From an uncultured Alphaproteobacteria bacterium (GTDB lineage Bacteria > Pseudomonadota > Alphaproteobacteria > Rs-D84): DNA of 64,000 bases. Both the position numbers and the translations under genes were made by a program. Each line of letters starts with the position of its first letter. Position 1 is the first letter of the stretch. Of this stretch, positions 1 to 9,150 are shown piece after piece. The stretch covers positions 200 through 64,199 of the forward strand of contig CAMHTQ010000005.1 in the NCBI GenBank assembly GCA_946188105.1, in the 5' to 3' direction. The notes under the pieces were generated by a model. The model searched no databases. It was not told the origin of the DNA and saw only the letters and a program-made list of their open reading frames with translations.

Positions 1-1613
<1,613 letters not shown>

Positions 1614-1615
1614 AC

Positions 1616-1948
1616 ATGACAGAACAAGAAAAATCCGCTTGGGCAGATTTAAAAAAACTGGTTGATGAATATAGCAATGTTTGTCGCACTGGTAAAAACG
1701 AAAAAGAAAAAGATGTTTCGTTTGATAGGTTAAATGCGGCATTGGAACTTTATTATAATAACAAAATAATAAAAGTTTCTGAAAAAGATTTGGCTAATTT
1801 AAAAATTGGTTTTTGTGGCATAAGAAAATATCCGGATGCTGTCGCAGATGTGATGAAGATTATTGCAAGGGTTTCTGGGGATAAAACTGATATTAAACCA
1901 GATCTGGTCCAAGGTATATTTGAAAAAGTTTTTAACAGTCGGCTGTAA
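1616..1948 (+). CDS. hypothetical protein (110 aa)
   Basis: ATG 2 nt after the gyrB stop, same strand. No recognisable motif. Confidence 0.45.
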   Translation: MTEQEKSAWADLKKLVDEYSNVCRTGKNEKEKDVSFDRLNAALELYYNNKIIKVSEKDLANLKIGFCGIRKYPDAVADVMKIIARVSGDKTDIKPDLVQGIFEKVFNSRL

Positions 1949-1971
1949 TAATGGCACAAAATGGTTAAAAT

Positions 1972-2634
1972 ATGGATGTACGGATAGAAGAATCTTGGAA
2001 AAAAGCATTAGCGGCTGAATTTGATAAAGATTATTTTATCCGTTTAACTGATTTTGTGAGGGGTGAATATTTAGCTGGCAAGCCAATTTATCCTGCTGCA
2101 CGTAATATTTTTAATGCTTTTAATTTATGTCCAATTGATAAAGTCAAAGTTGTTATTATTGGACAAGATCCATATCATGAACCAGGCCAAGCACATGGGC
2201 TTTGTTTTTCTGTGCCAAATGGTATAACACCACCACCATCGTTGGTGAATATTTATAAAGAAATTGAATCTGATTTAGGGCGACCATCATCAACAAATGG
2301 TGATTTAACACATTGGGCAGACCAGGGTGTGTTGTTATTAAATTCTACATTGACGGTTCAGGCACATTTGGCGGCATCACATGCAGGTAAAGGGTGGGAG
2401 CAATTTACAGATGCGGTGATTGCTGCACTCGCAAAACATAATCATATTGTTTATATGTTGTGGGGCAGTTATGCACAAAAGAAAGCGGCATTGGTTGATG
2501 TATCACAAAATTTAGTTTTGAAATCTGTGCATCCATCACCATTATCTGCATATCGTGGTTTTTTTGGATGCAAGCATTTTTCCCAGGCAAATGAATATTT
2601 GCAAAGTGTTGGTAAAACACCAATAGATTGGTAG
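1972..2634 (+). CDS. ung: uracil-DNA glycosylase (family 1)
   Basis: GQDPYH and HPSPLS motifs; 220 aa, typical length. Confidence 0.93.
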   Translation: MDVRIEESWKKALAAEFDKDYFIRLTDFVRGEYLAGKPIYPAARNIFNAFNLCPIDKVKVVIIGQDPYHEPGQAHGLCFSVPNGITPPPSLVNIYKEIESDLGRPSSTNGDLTHWADQGVLLLNSTLTVQAHLAASHAGKGWEQFTDAVIAALAKHNHIVYMLWGSYAQKKAALVDVSQNLVLKSVHPSPLSAYRGFFGCKHFSQANEYLQSVGKTPIDW

Positions 2635-2635
2635 A

Positions 2636-3211
2636 TTAGAAATTATGGGTCAAACCAATTCCATAAAATGCATATGAATTATTTTCATCAGCCGTATTGG
2701 CGTTCGAGAAATGTTGAATGAATAATTCAGCCGCCCATTCACGTGTTATGTTATACCCAATAGTTACTTGGAATTCAAATACCAGTTTTGCACCCAGACG
2801 TTTGTTTTCACGAACCTGTAATCCGGCACCCGCACCAGTTCCCATATATAAACGTTTATAACGGAACAGGGCGATATCTTCGGTTAAATAACCAATTGGT
2901 GTTGTGTAATCACGCCATTGCCAACCGTTTTTGTCGCCAAATCCAGCCGTCATAGAAACATTTAAATTACGACGTGCAGGAATTCTGAAAAATGTCGTTG
3001 GTTGAGAATATCGAACAGTTCCAATATAAAATGGGACAGGGTGGACGGGTGGAGGTAAAAGTATTCCTGTATCAAACCCTTGGCCGATACCATAAAACAT
3101 TTGGTTTTCGTATTTATCCATAAATGGATTTCGCTCTGGCAAAAAGCAAGAATCAGCAAAAGCCAAATTTGGTAATAATATTGCAGTTAAAATCAGAACA
3201 TTCTTTCTCAT
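2636..3211 (-). CDS. outer-membrane acyloxyacyl hydrolase / lipid A deacylase (PagL-like)
   Basis: Signal peptide MRKNVLILTAILLPNLAFA. C-terminal HFSN motif (PagL-type His-x-Ser) and terminal ...GLTHNF typical of OM barrels. Start set at ATG 3211, because the longer ORF only translates the upstream hairpin. Confidence 0.6.
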   Translation of the reverse strand: MRKNVLILTAILLPNLAFADSCFLPERNPFMDKYENQMFYGIGQGFDTGILLPPPVHPVPFYIGTVRYSQPTTFFRIPARRNLNVSMTAGFGDKNGWQWRDYTTPIGYLTEDIALFRYKRLYMGTGAGAGLQVRENKRLGAKLVFEFQVTIGYNITREWAAELFIQHFSNANTADENNSYAFYGIGLTHNF

Positions 3212-3274
3212 ATGTTCAATTTTACCATAAAATGCAGATAAAAACAAATTGAATAAATACATGTGAAAATGCAT

Positions 3275-3295
3275 AAAAAAGCCGGCGATTGCCGG
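3275..3295. repeat. copy 1 of a 21-nt direct repeat AAAAAAGCCGGCGATTGCCGG (hairpin GCCGGC/GCCGGT, T-runs on both strands)
   Basis: Identical to 4122-4142. Lies between divergent pagL-like and nucleotidyltransferase genes, an odd place for a terminator. Confidence 0.8.
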
Positions 3296-3357
3296 TTTTA
3301 TTTTGAAATGATATGGGTTCATGGTATAATAAAATTGTGGTTATAAAAGGTGGAGAA

Positions 3358-4122
3358 ATGCAAAAGTGGGAAAAAGCATTAGATAAATTTTTGCAACAGT
3401 ATGTAAATCAACCCTGGTTCGAGGGGGCGGTTTTATGTGGCAGTTATGCGGCAGGAAATCAAAACGAATTTTCAGATATAGATGTGAATATTATTGCATC
3501 AAATGATATTGGTTGGCAGGAAAAATCAAACTGTTACGTTGACGGTTTTTTAATTGAATATACTGTGAACCCAATTTATAAAAATCAAGAGTATATGAAA
3601 TCTGGAATTGAAAATCATGCTTTGATAAATCAGAATATGTTTGCGTATGGTAAGATTTTATATGATAAAAATGGTGTAATGAAAAAGTTACACCAACAAT
3701 CTTTGCGTGATTTAAAAAAGAAGATAAAGCCATTTTCTAAATATAATAATGATTTTATGAAGTACAGATTGTGGTGTCGTTATGATGATATGTTGTCTTT
3801 GAAGCATGATGGATATCAAATAGATTTATTGTATTGGGATTTGGTGTGTTTATTGATTATGGCATATTGTGATTTTAATTGTTTGCCACGTATGCCTTTA
3901 TCAAAAATACAAAAGATGTTATTAAATAAAAATTATGCAAAAAGATATCATGCGGATAAATTGCCAGGTAAAAAATTTACATCATTGTTGATGGCATGTT
4001 TTGATGCAAAACCAAAAGATAAAATATCTGCAATTGATAAATTGTATAATTTTGTTATTAAATCCGGTGGTGGATTTGATATAGGACAGTTTCGGGGTAA
4101 AAGAAAGATTGAAAAAAGATAA
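3358..4122 (+). CDS. nucleotidyltransferase-domain protein (KNTase / Lnu-like fold)
   Basis: GSYAAGNQNEFSDIDVNII matches the minimal NTase G-S...D-x-D motif. ~170-aa helical C-terminal part as in kanamycin/lincosamide nucleotidyltransferases. SD AAGGTGGAG precedes ATG 3358. Confidence 0.6.
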   Translation: MQKWEKALDKFLQQYVNQPWFEGAVLCGSYAAGNQNEFSDIDVNIIASNDIGWQEKSNCYVDGFLIEYTVNPIYKNQEYMKSGIENHALINQNMFAYGKILYDKNGVMKKLHQQSLRDLKKKIKPFSKYNNDFMKYRLWCRYDDMLSLKHDGYQIDLLYWDLVCLLIMAYCDFNCLPRMPLSKIQKMLLNKNYAKRYHADKLPGKKFTSLLMACFDAKPKDKISAIDKLYNFVIKSGGGFDIGQFRGKRKIEKR

Positions 4123-4142
4123 AAAAAGCCGGCGATTGCCGG
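4121..4142 (-). terminator. copy 2 of the repeat; rho-independent terminator of the tRNA-CAU gene (minus strand)
   Basis: GCCGGC-GATT-GCCGGC hairpin followed on the minus strand by a T7 run, directly 3' of the tRNA. Confidence 0.7.
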
Positions 4143-4149
4143 CAAATCT

Positions 4150-4226
4150 TGGTAGCGGGAGAGGGACTCGGACCCCCGACACGTGGATTATGATTCCACT
4201 GCTCTAACCAGCTGAGCTATCCCGCC
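4150..4226 (-). tRNA. tRNA with CAU anticodon (elongator Met or lysidine-type Ile2), CCA encoded
   Basis: Reverse complement GGCGGGATAGCTCAGCTGGTTAGAGCAGTGGAATCATAATCCACGTGTCGGGGGTCCGAGTCCCTCTCCCGCTACCA folds as a cloverleaf. 7-bp acceptor (G1-U72), anticodon loop AUCAUAA. Not initiator-like. T-loop is UCCGAGU. Confidence 0.9.
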
Positions 4227-4282
4227 AAGCAAGAGCATTATAATAGTTAAATTTTAAAAATCTAGTAAAAAATTAAAAAGAT

Positions 4283-4645
4283 TTATGCCACATAAATCAA
4301 AGATATCCAAAGTGCCGCAACACCGAATATTGTCAGCATAACAATCGCACTGCCGATATCTTTGGCCTTTTTGGATAATTCGTGTTTTTGGGGGCTTATT
4401 CTGTCGACGATTGTTTCAATAGCGGTGTTCACCAGTTCTGCAATAATTATCAGTAATAAAGATGCAATCATTATGATTCTGGATGTTGTTGGAATATCAA
4501 AAAATGATTGAACGATTATTGCAGTAATACACAGCAAGATATCTTGGCGGAATGCGGCCTCGGATTTAAATGCCGATGATATGCCGTCAAAAGAATATTT
4601 GAATGCATGTATGATTCTGGATATGCCTGTGTATTTAGATTTCAT
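4283..4645 (-). CDS. dgkA: diacylglycerol kinase
   Basis: 120 aa, three TM segments, conserved ELVNTAIETIVDRI motif. Lies 2 nt downstream of the sulfatase-family gene. Confidence 0.9.
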   Translation of the reverse strand: MKSKYTGISRIIHAFKYSFDGISSAFKSEAAFRQDILLCITAIIVQSFFDIPTTSRIIMIASLLLIIIAELVNTAIETIVDRISPQKHELSKKAKDIGSAIVMLTIFGVAALWISLIYVA

Positions 4646-4647
4646 TT

Positions 4648-6051
4648 TTACTTTCCTGTGGATAGTTTATAATATAAATCGTTTCGTTGTTCCAGTTTTT
4701 TTTCTAATTCTGGGTCTGGGAATCTTTCGCGTAATGTTTTTACATTTTCGCAACGTTTGCTGAGTGATGTACCCAGTCCTAGTTTGCAGCCGTTTATTTC
4801 GCCACCTGCAACCTCGACCACGGTTGGAAAGAAATCCAGTGCGGATATAGGGCGGGTTGTATCCGATAAAATATTTGTGTTTATAAATACATTTGCAAGT
4901 GGACGATTGGGCAAGGTTTGTAATTTTTTTAACAAAGCACCAGCATGTTGATTATGATCATTTGCCAAAATTATTATGGCAGTTGGATCTGTTTTTTGCA
5001 TCCATTTTACAAAATCAGAAATAATTTTATCATCGCATTTTGTGATGTCTTGCATAGATTCTTGTTTAAATCCAAGGTTTCTGCAAAAATCTGTATAATA
5101 ACCTTGTAAATGGGTGTTGACCGTTTCCATAAATATAAAGTATGGCTGTTTGGATTTAACAATATTTTGGATAATTGGTTTAGAATATTCAAATAATGTT
5201 CCATCATCTACACCGTTAAATGGTTTTTCGTGTGGTGGATTTTTCAAGTTTTTGCGGATTTGTTCACCGTCAATTACCGTATCAAATCCCATGCGTTTCA
5301 TAAATCTTTCTTTTAATGAGAATTTGCCAGTTGCAGGGAATATAGACCATGTTTGATAACCTGCATTTTTGAAAATACGACCAATACCGGATGCACCAAT
5401 CATTTTGTCTGTATTGCTGCAACTGGTGAAAAATAAAGGTAACCCAGTTGTAAAGCCCGTGATTGCAGCAATTGTGTGTGTCAGGCCAGATATAGCATGA
5501 TAATTTTCAAATGATGTATATTTTTGTTCCAGTTTTGTTATGTTTGGTGTTAATGCTTCGCTAAATGTTTCTGGGTTGCCGTATACTTTTTCTATGCTTT
5601 CCAGTGCGATAAAGACGACATTTTTATGTTGTTTCCAAACAATATCTGTTTTTTCAGGTGATACAAATTCTGTTTCATAAAATGTAGATTTTTCTCGTTG
5701 AAAAAAACTGCCTAATTGAACATTGGATATAAGTAATTTTTGAATACATAGCCCAGATGCAATTAAATACATAATGATTAAAACAAATTTGGTTCTGAAT
5801 ATTTGACATATACAAGTGCATACAAGAGATACAACCAGTGGATTTAATATTGCCTTTTTTATAAAGGATAAAAGTATATCATTGTCTGTTCCAACGCCAA
5901 GACCGGAATTTAAAACAATACCAATTTCATCAAGGTTTACCCTGTGAAATGTATGATATATCCACCGGACAGAATTCATTAAAAAGAATATAATGAATAA
6001 TGATAGAAATATAATAAAAAACCGTTTATCGATTTTGAAATTTAGTTTCAT
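4648..6051 (-). CDS. sulfatase-family membrane phosphotransferase (LtaS/MdoB/EptA-like)
   Basis: N-terminal multi-TM region followed by a sulfatase-like domain (FIALESIE, HTIAAITGFTTGLP, FMETVNTH). Operonic with dgkA, the classic DAG-recycling partner of such transferases. Confidence 0.7.
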   Translation of the reverse strand: MKLNFKIDKRFFIIFLSLFIIFFLMNSVRWIYHTFHRVNLDEIGIVLNSGLGVGTDNDILLSFIKKAILNPLVVSLVCTCICQIFRTKFVLIIMYLIASGLCIQKLLISNVQLGSFFQREKSTFYETEFVSPEKTDIVWKQHKNVVFIALESIEKVYGNPETFSEALTPNITKLEQKYTSFENYHAISGLTHTIAAITGFTTGLPLFFTSCSNTDKMIGASGIGRIFKNAGYQTWSIFPATGKFSLKERFMKRMGFDTVIDGEQIRKNLKNPPHEKPFNGVDDGTLFEYSKPIIQNIVKSKQPYFIFMETVNTHLQGYYTDFCRNLGFKQESMQDITKCDDKIISDFVKWMQKTDPTAIIILANDHNQHAGALLKKLQTLPNRPLANVFINTNILSDTTRPISALDFFPTVVEVAGGEINGCKLGLGTSLSKRCENVKTLRERFPDPELEKKLEQRNDLYYKLSTGK

Positions 6052-6165
6052 AGATGTCCTTTATCAAAAAGGATTCTAATCCTAAAAGATGAAAAAAGCA
6101 ATATATTGTGCGTGGGCTAAAATTATGTTGATTTTTATGTTGTGGTGTTTATAATAACCGCAAAT

Positions 6166-6239
6166 GCCCTAATAGTCTAGTGGTAAAACACGTCCTTGGT
6201 AAGGACGAGTCGCAAGTCCGATTCTTGCTTAGGGCACCA
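6166..6239 (+). tRNA. tRNA-Thr (GGU), CCA encoded
   Basis: GCCCTAA/TTAGGGC acceptor; anticodon stem CGTCC/GGACG with loop TTGGTAA. D-stem has one C-A mismatch; T-loop is TCCGATT. Confidence 0.85.
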
Positions 6240-6325
6240 GATTTTTATCCTGTTATCGCTTTAAATTCCACGAATATTGTTGCTATGGTTTTATTATATA
6301 AATCTGAGTTTTTCGGAATTTTTTG

Positions 6326-6353
6326 TTGACAATTAAAAAATATAGTGTATATT
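6326..6353 (+). promoter_or_regulatory. sigma70-like promoter (TTGACA-16 nt-TATATT)
   Basis: Consensus -35 and near-consensus -10 about 30 nt upstream of ATG 6384. It overlaps the ORF-track start at 6345, which argues for the ATG at 6384. Confidence 0.45.
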
Positions 6354-6383
6354 TTTGTGTGTTGGACATTATGGGGGTCATTT

Positions 6384-8579
6384 ATGTTTACTGAATTAGA
6401 ACGCAAAGATATAAAAAAAATAGTTAAAAAGTATCGCGTGGCACATGATCATATTGCAGATTATTATGGTTCCAGACGTAATCATTTAATTTGCGATGAA
6501 TTAAGCAGACGTGCTGGGCATTATTTGTATGTTATGAATCACAATATGGATAAGATTACAGCCCAAGATGTCGAGTCATTGGTTTTATTAGTTGATACTT
6601 TTGATCAAATGCGTCGTGAACATGTTTTTGAAGAATTACAAAAGATTGCAGATTTTGATATAAAATTATATTTGGAAAACAGAAATCGCAGTTTGTTTAA
6701 ACGTATGTTTTCTCCAATAAATGATAAATTAAGTTGGTTGACCCCACAACAGATGAAAAAAATATGCGCAAGATATAAAAAATTATGCGATAAAATAAAT
6801 GATGGTGATATCTCTGGAAAAACTAATGATACGGCTGTGGATATTCGTAATGTTGCATATGCATATGCGCGTGGCATTGTAAAGGGTGATATCAAGGTTG
6901 CAACATGCAATTTAAAAAGTACATATGAGTATTTAACAACAATATGTTACCCAGAAATTATTGGTGATGATGCATATAAAGCAAGAGAGTTGTTAAAAGC
7001 AAAAATTCAAGAAATGACCGTTTCATCCGAAATTGAAGATTTTGTTCCTGTTCAAGATAATATACAAAAGTTAAATGAATCAGAATATCAATTGGACGAG
7101 AATGTTGAACAAGTTGATGCAGAAAAAGAATTGGCTGTGGCTGAAAATAATACAGTAACTGATAAAAAATCTAATGAAGATAGAATCAGTCGTGTTAAAC
7201 AGAAAATCGAAGAAAGAAAGCAAAAAGAAAACGAAAAAATTCGCCAATGGGCTAAACGTATGGAACAGCAAAAGGCCGAGCAAGAACAAAAAGCACGCGA
7301 AGTTGCCCAAGAAAGAGCCAAGATGGTTGCTGAAAATAAAGCTGAACGCGAACAGGCATTAAGAGAAAGAATTGAACAAATCAGAGAACAAGCCAAGCAT
7401 ATGGATGCTGAGGGTTTCAAATTGAAAGAAGAGGCTCGTAAAAAAGAAGCAAGTCAGGCTGAACAAACAAGATTGAAAGAAATAGCAAGACAAGAACGCA
7501 AAGAACGCAGACAGGAACATATTGACCATGCTAAAAAAGTTGCTGGGGATATGTCTGGCAAAGTTGCGAGTGCGTTTGCTGTGGTAAAAGGTAAATTGGC
7601 GACAAAGTGGCAAGAAAAGAAATCTGAATTAGAGACCGCAAAACGTAATCGCGAAATTATTCGTGATGCAGAACGTGCGTCAAAAGAGCATTGGAAAGAA
7701 TTAAAAAAGCAAGATAAAGAACAAAAGTTAGAACGGTTGGAAAATTTAGAAGCGGTACGTCAGGAAAAATTTGCTAATTTTGTAATGGATTCTGCGATGA
7801 AGATGTCCAATAAATTTGATTCTGTAAAAGATAAATTGGCAGCAAAGTGGCAAGAAAAGAAATCTGAATTAGAGATCGCAAAACGTAATCGCGAAATTAT
7901 TCGTGATGCAGAACGTGCGTCAAAAGAGCATTGGAAAGAATTAAAAGAACAAAATAAAAACAATAGAAACATTTTTGTACGTACTGCAACAGAAGCGGCT
8001 TTATTCTTGGTTGTATTCGGTGGAATTGCAATTTTAACTTATACAGATTTTGAAAATAAATCAGCAAATAAAGTAAATGTTAAAAAGGAAATAAAAGCAA
8101 AACCTGTGGTTCAAAAAGAGGTATCTGTTGCTGCAATTGATACAGTATATGCATCGGCTTTGAAGAATTATTATGGTTCTGCGCTGGATATTATTGCTGG
8201 CACAAATAAAAAAGCAGATGTTTTAACAAAATTAGAAAATCAAATTCAATCTGGTAATATCGAATTGGGTGATTATATATCTGCGGAACGTATTGCGTAT
8301 GCATATTTTATGTATCGTGAATATGGATTTAATATTGATATTTTAAATTTGGCTGTGAACGGTAATCAAAAATTAACAGATGCACAAATGGCAGAGTTAA
8401 ACAAGGTTATTATGGATGCGGGCGAATGTGGAACCGGTGTTCAACAGATGGCTAAACAACGTGTCGAAGCACGTGGTGGTCAAATGAGTCAACACAGTAA
8501 GTTTAAAAACGCAACCAAGCAACAACAACGTCAGCATTTGGCGAATTTAGGTTTGTTGAAAAAAGCACATGTAAAGTAA
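6384..8579 (+). CDS. large coiled-coil membrane protein (cytoplasmic N-domain, E/K/R/Q-rich coiled coil, one TM, ~190-aa C-terminal domain)
   Basis: Long uninterrupted ORF. Charged heptad-like region at aa ~250-540. TM segment AALFLVVFGGIAILTY. No family recognised. Confidence 0.7.
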   Translation: MFTELERKDIKKIVKKYRVAHDHIADYYGSRRNHLICDELSRRAGHYLYVMNHNMDKITAQDVESLVLLVDTFDQMRREHVFEELQKIADFDIKLYLENRNRSLFKRMFSPINDKLSWLTPQQMKKICARYKKLCDKINDGDISGKTNDTAVDIRNVAYAYARGIVKGDIKVATCNLKSTYEYLTTICYPEIIGDDAYKARELLKAKIQEMTVSSEIEDFVPVQDNIQKLNESEYQLDENVEQVDAEKELAVAENNTVTDKKSNEDRISRVKQKIEERKQKENEKIRQWAKRMEQQKAEQEQKAREVAQERAKMVAENKAEREQALRERIEQIREQAKHMDAEGFKLKEEARKKEASQAEQTRLKEIARQERKERRQEHIDHAKKVAGDMSGKVASAFAVVKGKLATKWQEKKSELETAKRNREIIRDAERASKEHWKELKKQDKEQKLERLENLEAVRQEKFANFVMDSAMKMSNKFDSVKDKLAAKWQEKKSELEIAKRNREIIRDAERASKEHWKELKEQNKNNRNIFVRTATEAALFLVVFGGIAILTYTDFENKSANKVNVKKEIKAKPVVQKEVSVAAIDTVYASALKNYYGSALDIIAGTNKKADVLTKLENQIQSGNIELGDYISAERIAYAYFMYREYGFNIDILNLAVNGNQKLTDAQMAELNKVIMDAGECGTGVQQMAKQRVEARGGQMSQHSKFKNATKQQQRQHLANLGLLKKAHVK
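7584..7706 (+). repeat. intragenic direct repeat, copy 1 (~120 nt)
   Basis: Near-identical to 7824-7946 (offset 240 bp, in frame). Includes a ~69-nt exact block starting CGCAAAACGTAATCGCGAAATT. Encodes KWQEKKSELExAKRNREIIRDAERASKEHWKELK. Confidence 0.9.
7824..7946 (+). repeat. intragenic direct repeat, copy 2
   Basis: See copy 1. I count about five mismatches. Confidence 0.9.
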
Positions 8580-8585
8580 TTCGTA

Positions 8586-8918
8586 ATGATTGATATAAAC
8601 GCAAAATTTAAACGGATGGCTGAACAGCGCGCAGAACAAGAACGTCGCGCACGGGATGCTGAAAAACGCAAATTGGCTAAACAAATGGCAAATGCAAGAT
8701 TGGTTGAAAGCTTTATGAATATTTATCAGCTGGAAAAAACCGGATTATGTGCAGAATTTGTTGCACAATATTATGAAAATAAAGTGCAAGAATTGGGGGC
8801 TGAAAAGGTAGAAAAATTGAAATCCCAGGCGGCCGAATATATCCGTATGTTGAAATCCAGTGGCCAAATTTATGAGAATATCAGTTGGTTTCGGTTTGTT
8901 ATGAATAATGCAAGATAG
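8586..8918 (+). CDS. hypothetical protein (110 aa, basic/acidic helical N-terminus)
   Basis: ATG 6 nt after the preceding stop, so probably co-translated with the coiled-coil gene. Confidence 0.5.
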   Translation: MIDINAKFKRMAEQRAEQERRARDAEKRKLAKQMANARLVESFMNIYQLEKTGLCAEFVAQYYENKVQELGAEKVEKLKSQAAEYIRMLKSSGQIYENISWFRFVMNNAR

Positions 8919-8931
8919 ATTTAATCTTTGC

Positions 8932-8960
8932 TTGCAAACAGAAATTTTTCGGGTTAAAAT
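8932..8960 (+). promoter_or_regulatory. sigma70-like promoter (TTGCAA-17 nt-TAAAAT) for the aspS leader
   Basis: Correct spacing; lies ~190 nt upstream of the aspS ATG. Confidence 0.4.
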
Positions 8961-8976
8961 CAGTTTATAGATTTTT

Positions 8977-9150
8977 GGGCGAGGCGCCGTTGAGATGACT
9001 GACAACCATGGAGGCACCAAAACCTGTAGTTCAAGTGATAAATTCGGGTGGCACCGCGCGAAAAAGAATCGCGCCCCGAAATTAACGGTAAATCGGTGCC
9101 ATAAAAATCAATGTTTTAATGGTTCCGATGCAAAATAAAAAGGGACCAAA
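8977..9150 (+). promoter_or_regulatory. T-box leader (tRNA-Asp-sensing riboswitch) of aspS
   Basis: 9041-9058 AATTCGGGTGGCACCGCG equals the T-box consensus AANNNGGGTGGNACCGCG. Antiterminator: A1 TTCGGG/CCCGAA, 7-nt bulge TGGCACC, A2 GCGCG/CGCGC. GAC codons at 8997 and 9001 sit in an upstream hairpin apex. The downstream gene is aspS. Confidence 0.75.

Noticed and set aside
2636-3322. Long N-terminal extension of the pagL-like ORF, and the peptide similarity PAIAGFF shared with ORF 3948-4145
   Set aside because: The shared peptide is simply the translation of the duplicated terminator hairpin. The signal peptide starts at ATG 3211.
6345-6383. Upstream starts given in the ORF track for several genes (6345, 25536, 49855, 50386, 55971, 3313, 19229, 32724)
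   Set aside because: The extensions are non-ATG or lack an SD, would bury the signal peptides or conserved N-termini, or (for 6345) overlap the -10 box. Internal ATGs with SD sequences were preferred.
8745-9020. 91-aa minus-strand ORF over the aspS leader
   Set aside because: It overlaps the 3' end of the 8586-8918 gene and the structured T-box leader, and it has no RBS. The region is better explained as regulatory RNA.
8977-9060. Possible TPP riboswitch (UGAGA and ACCUG-like strings), or an SRP/6S/tmRNA gene
   Set aside because: Only fragmentary resemblance: there is no GGGGUGC...CUGAGA...ACCC pairing and no GGAAGCAGCC SRP motif. The exact T-box consensus and bulged antiterminator explain the conserved-looking GC-rich strings much better.
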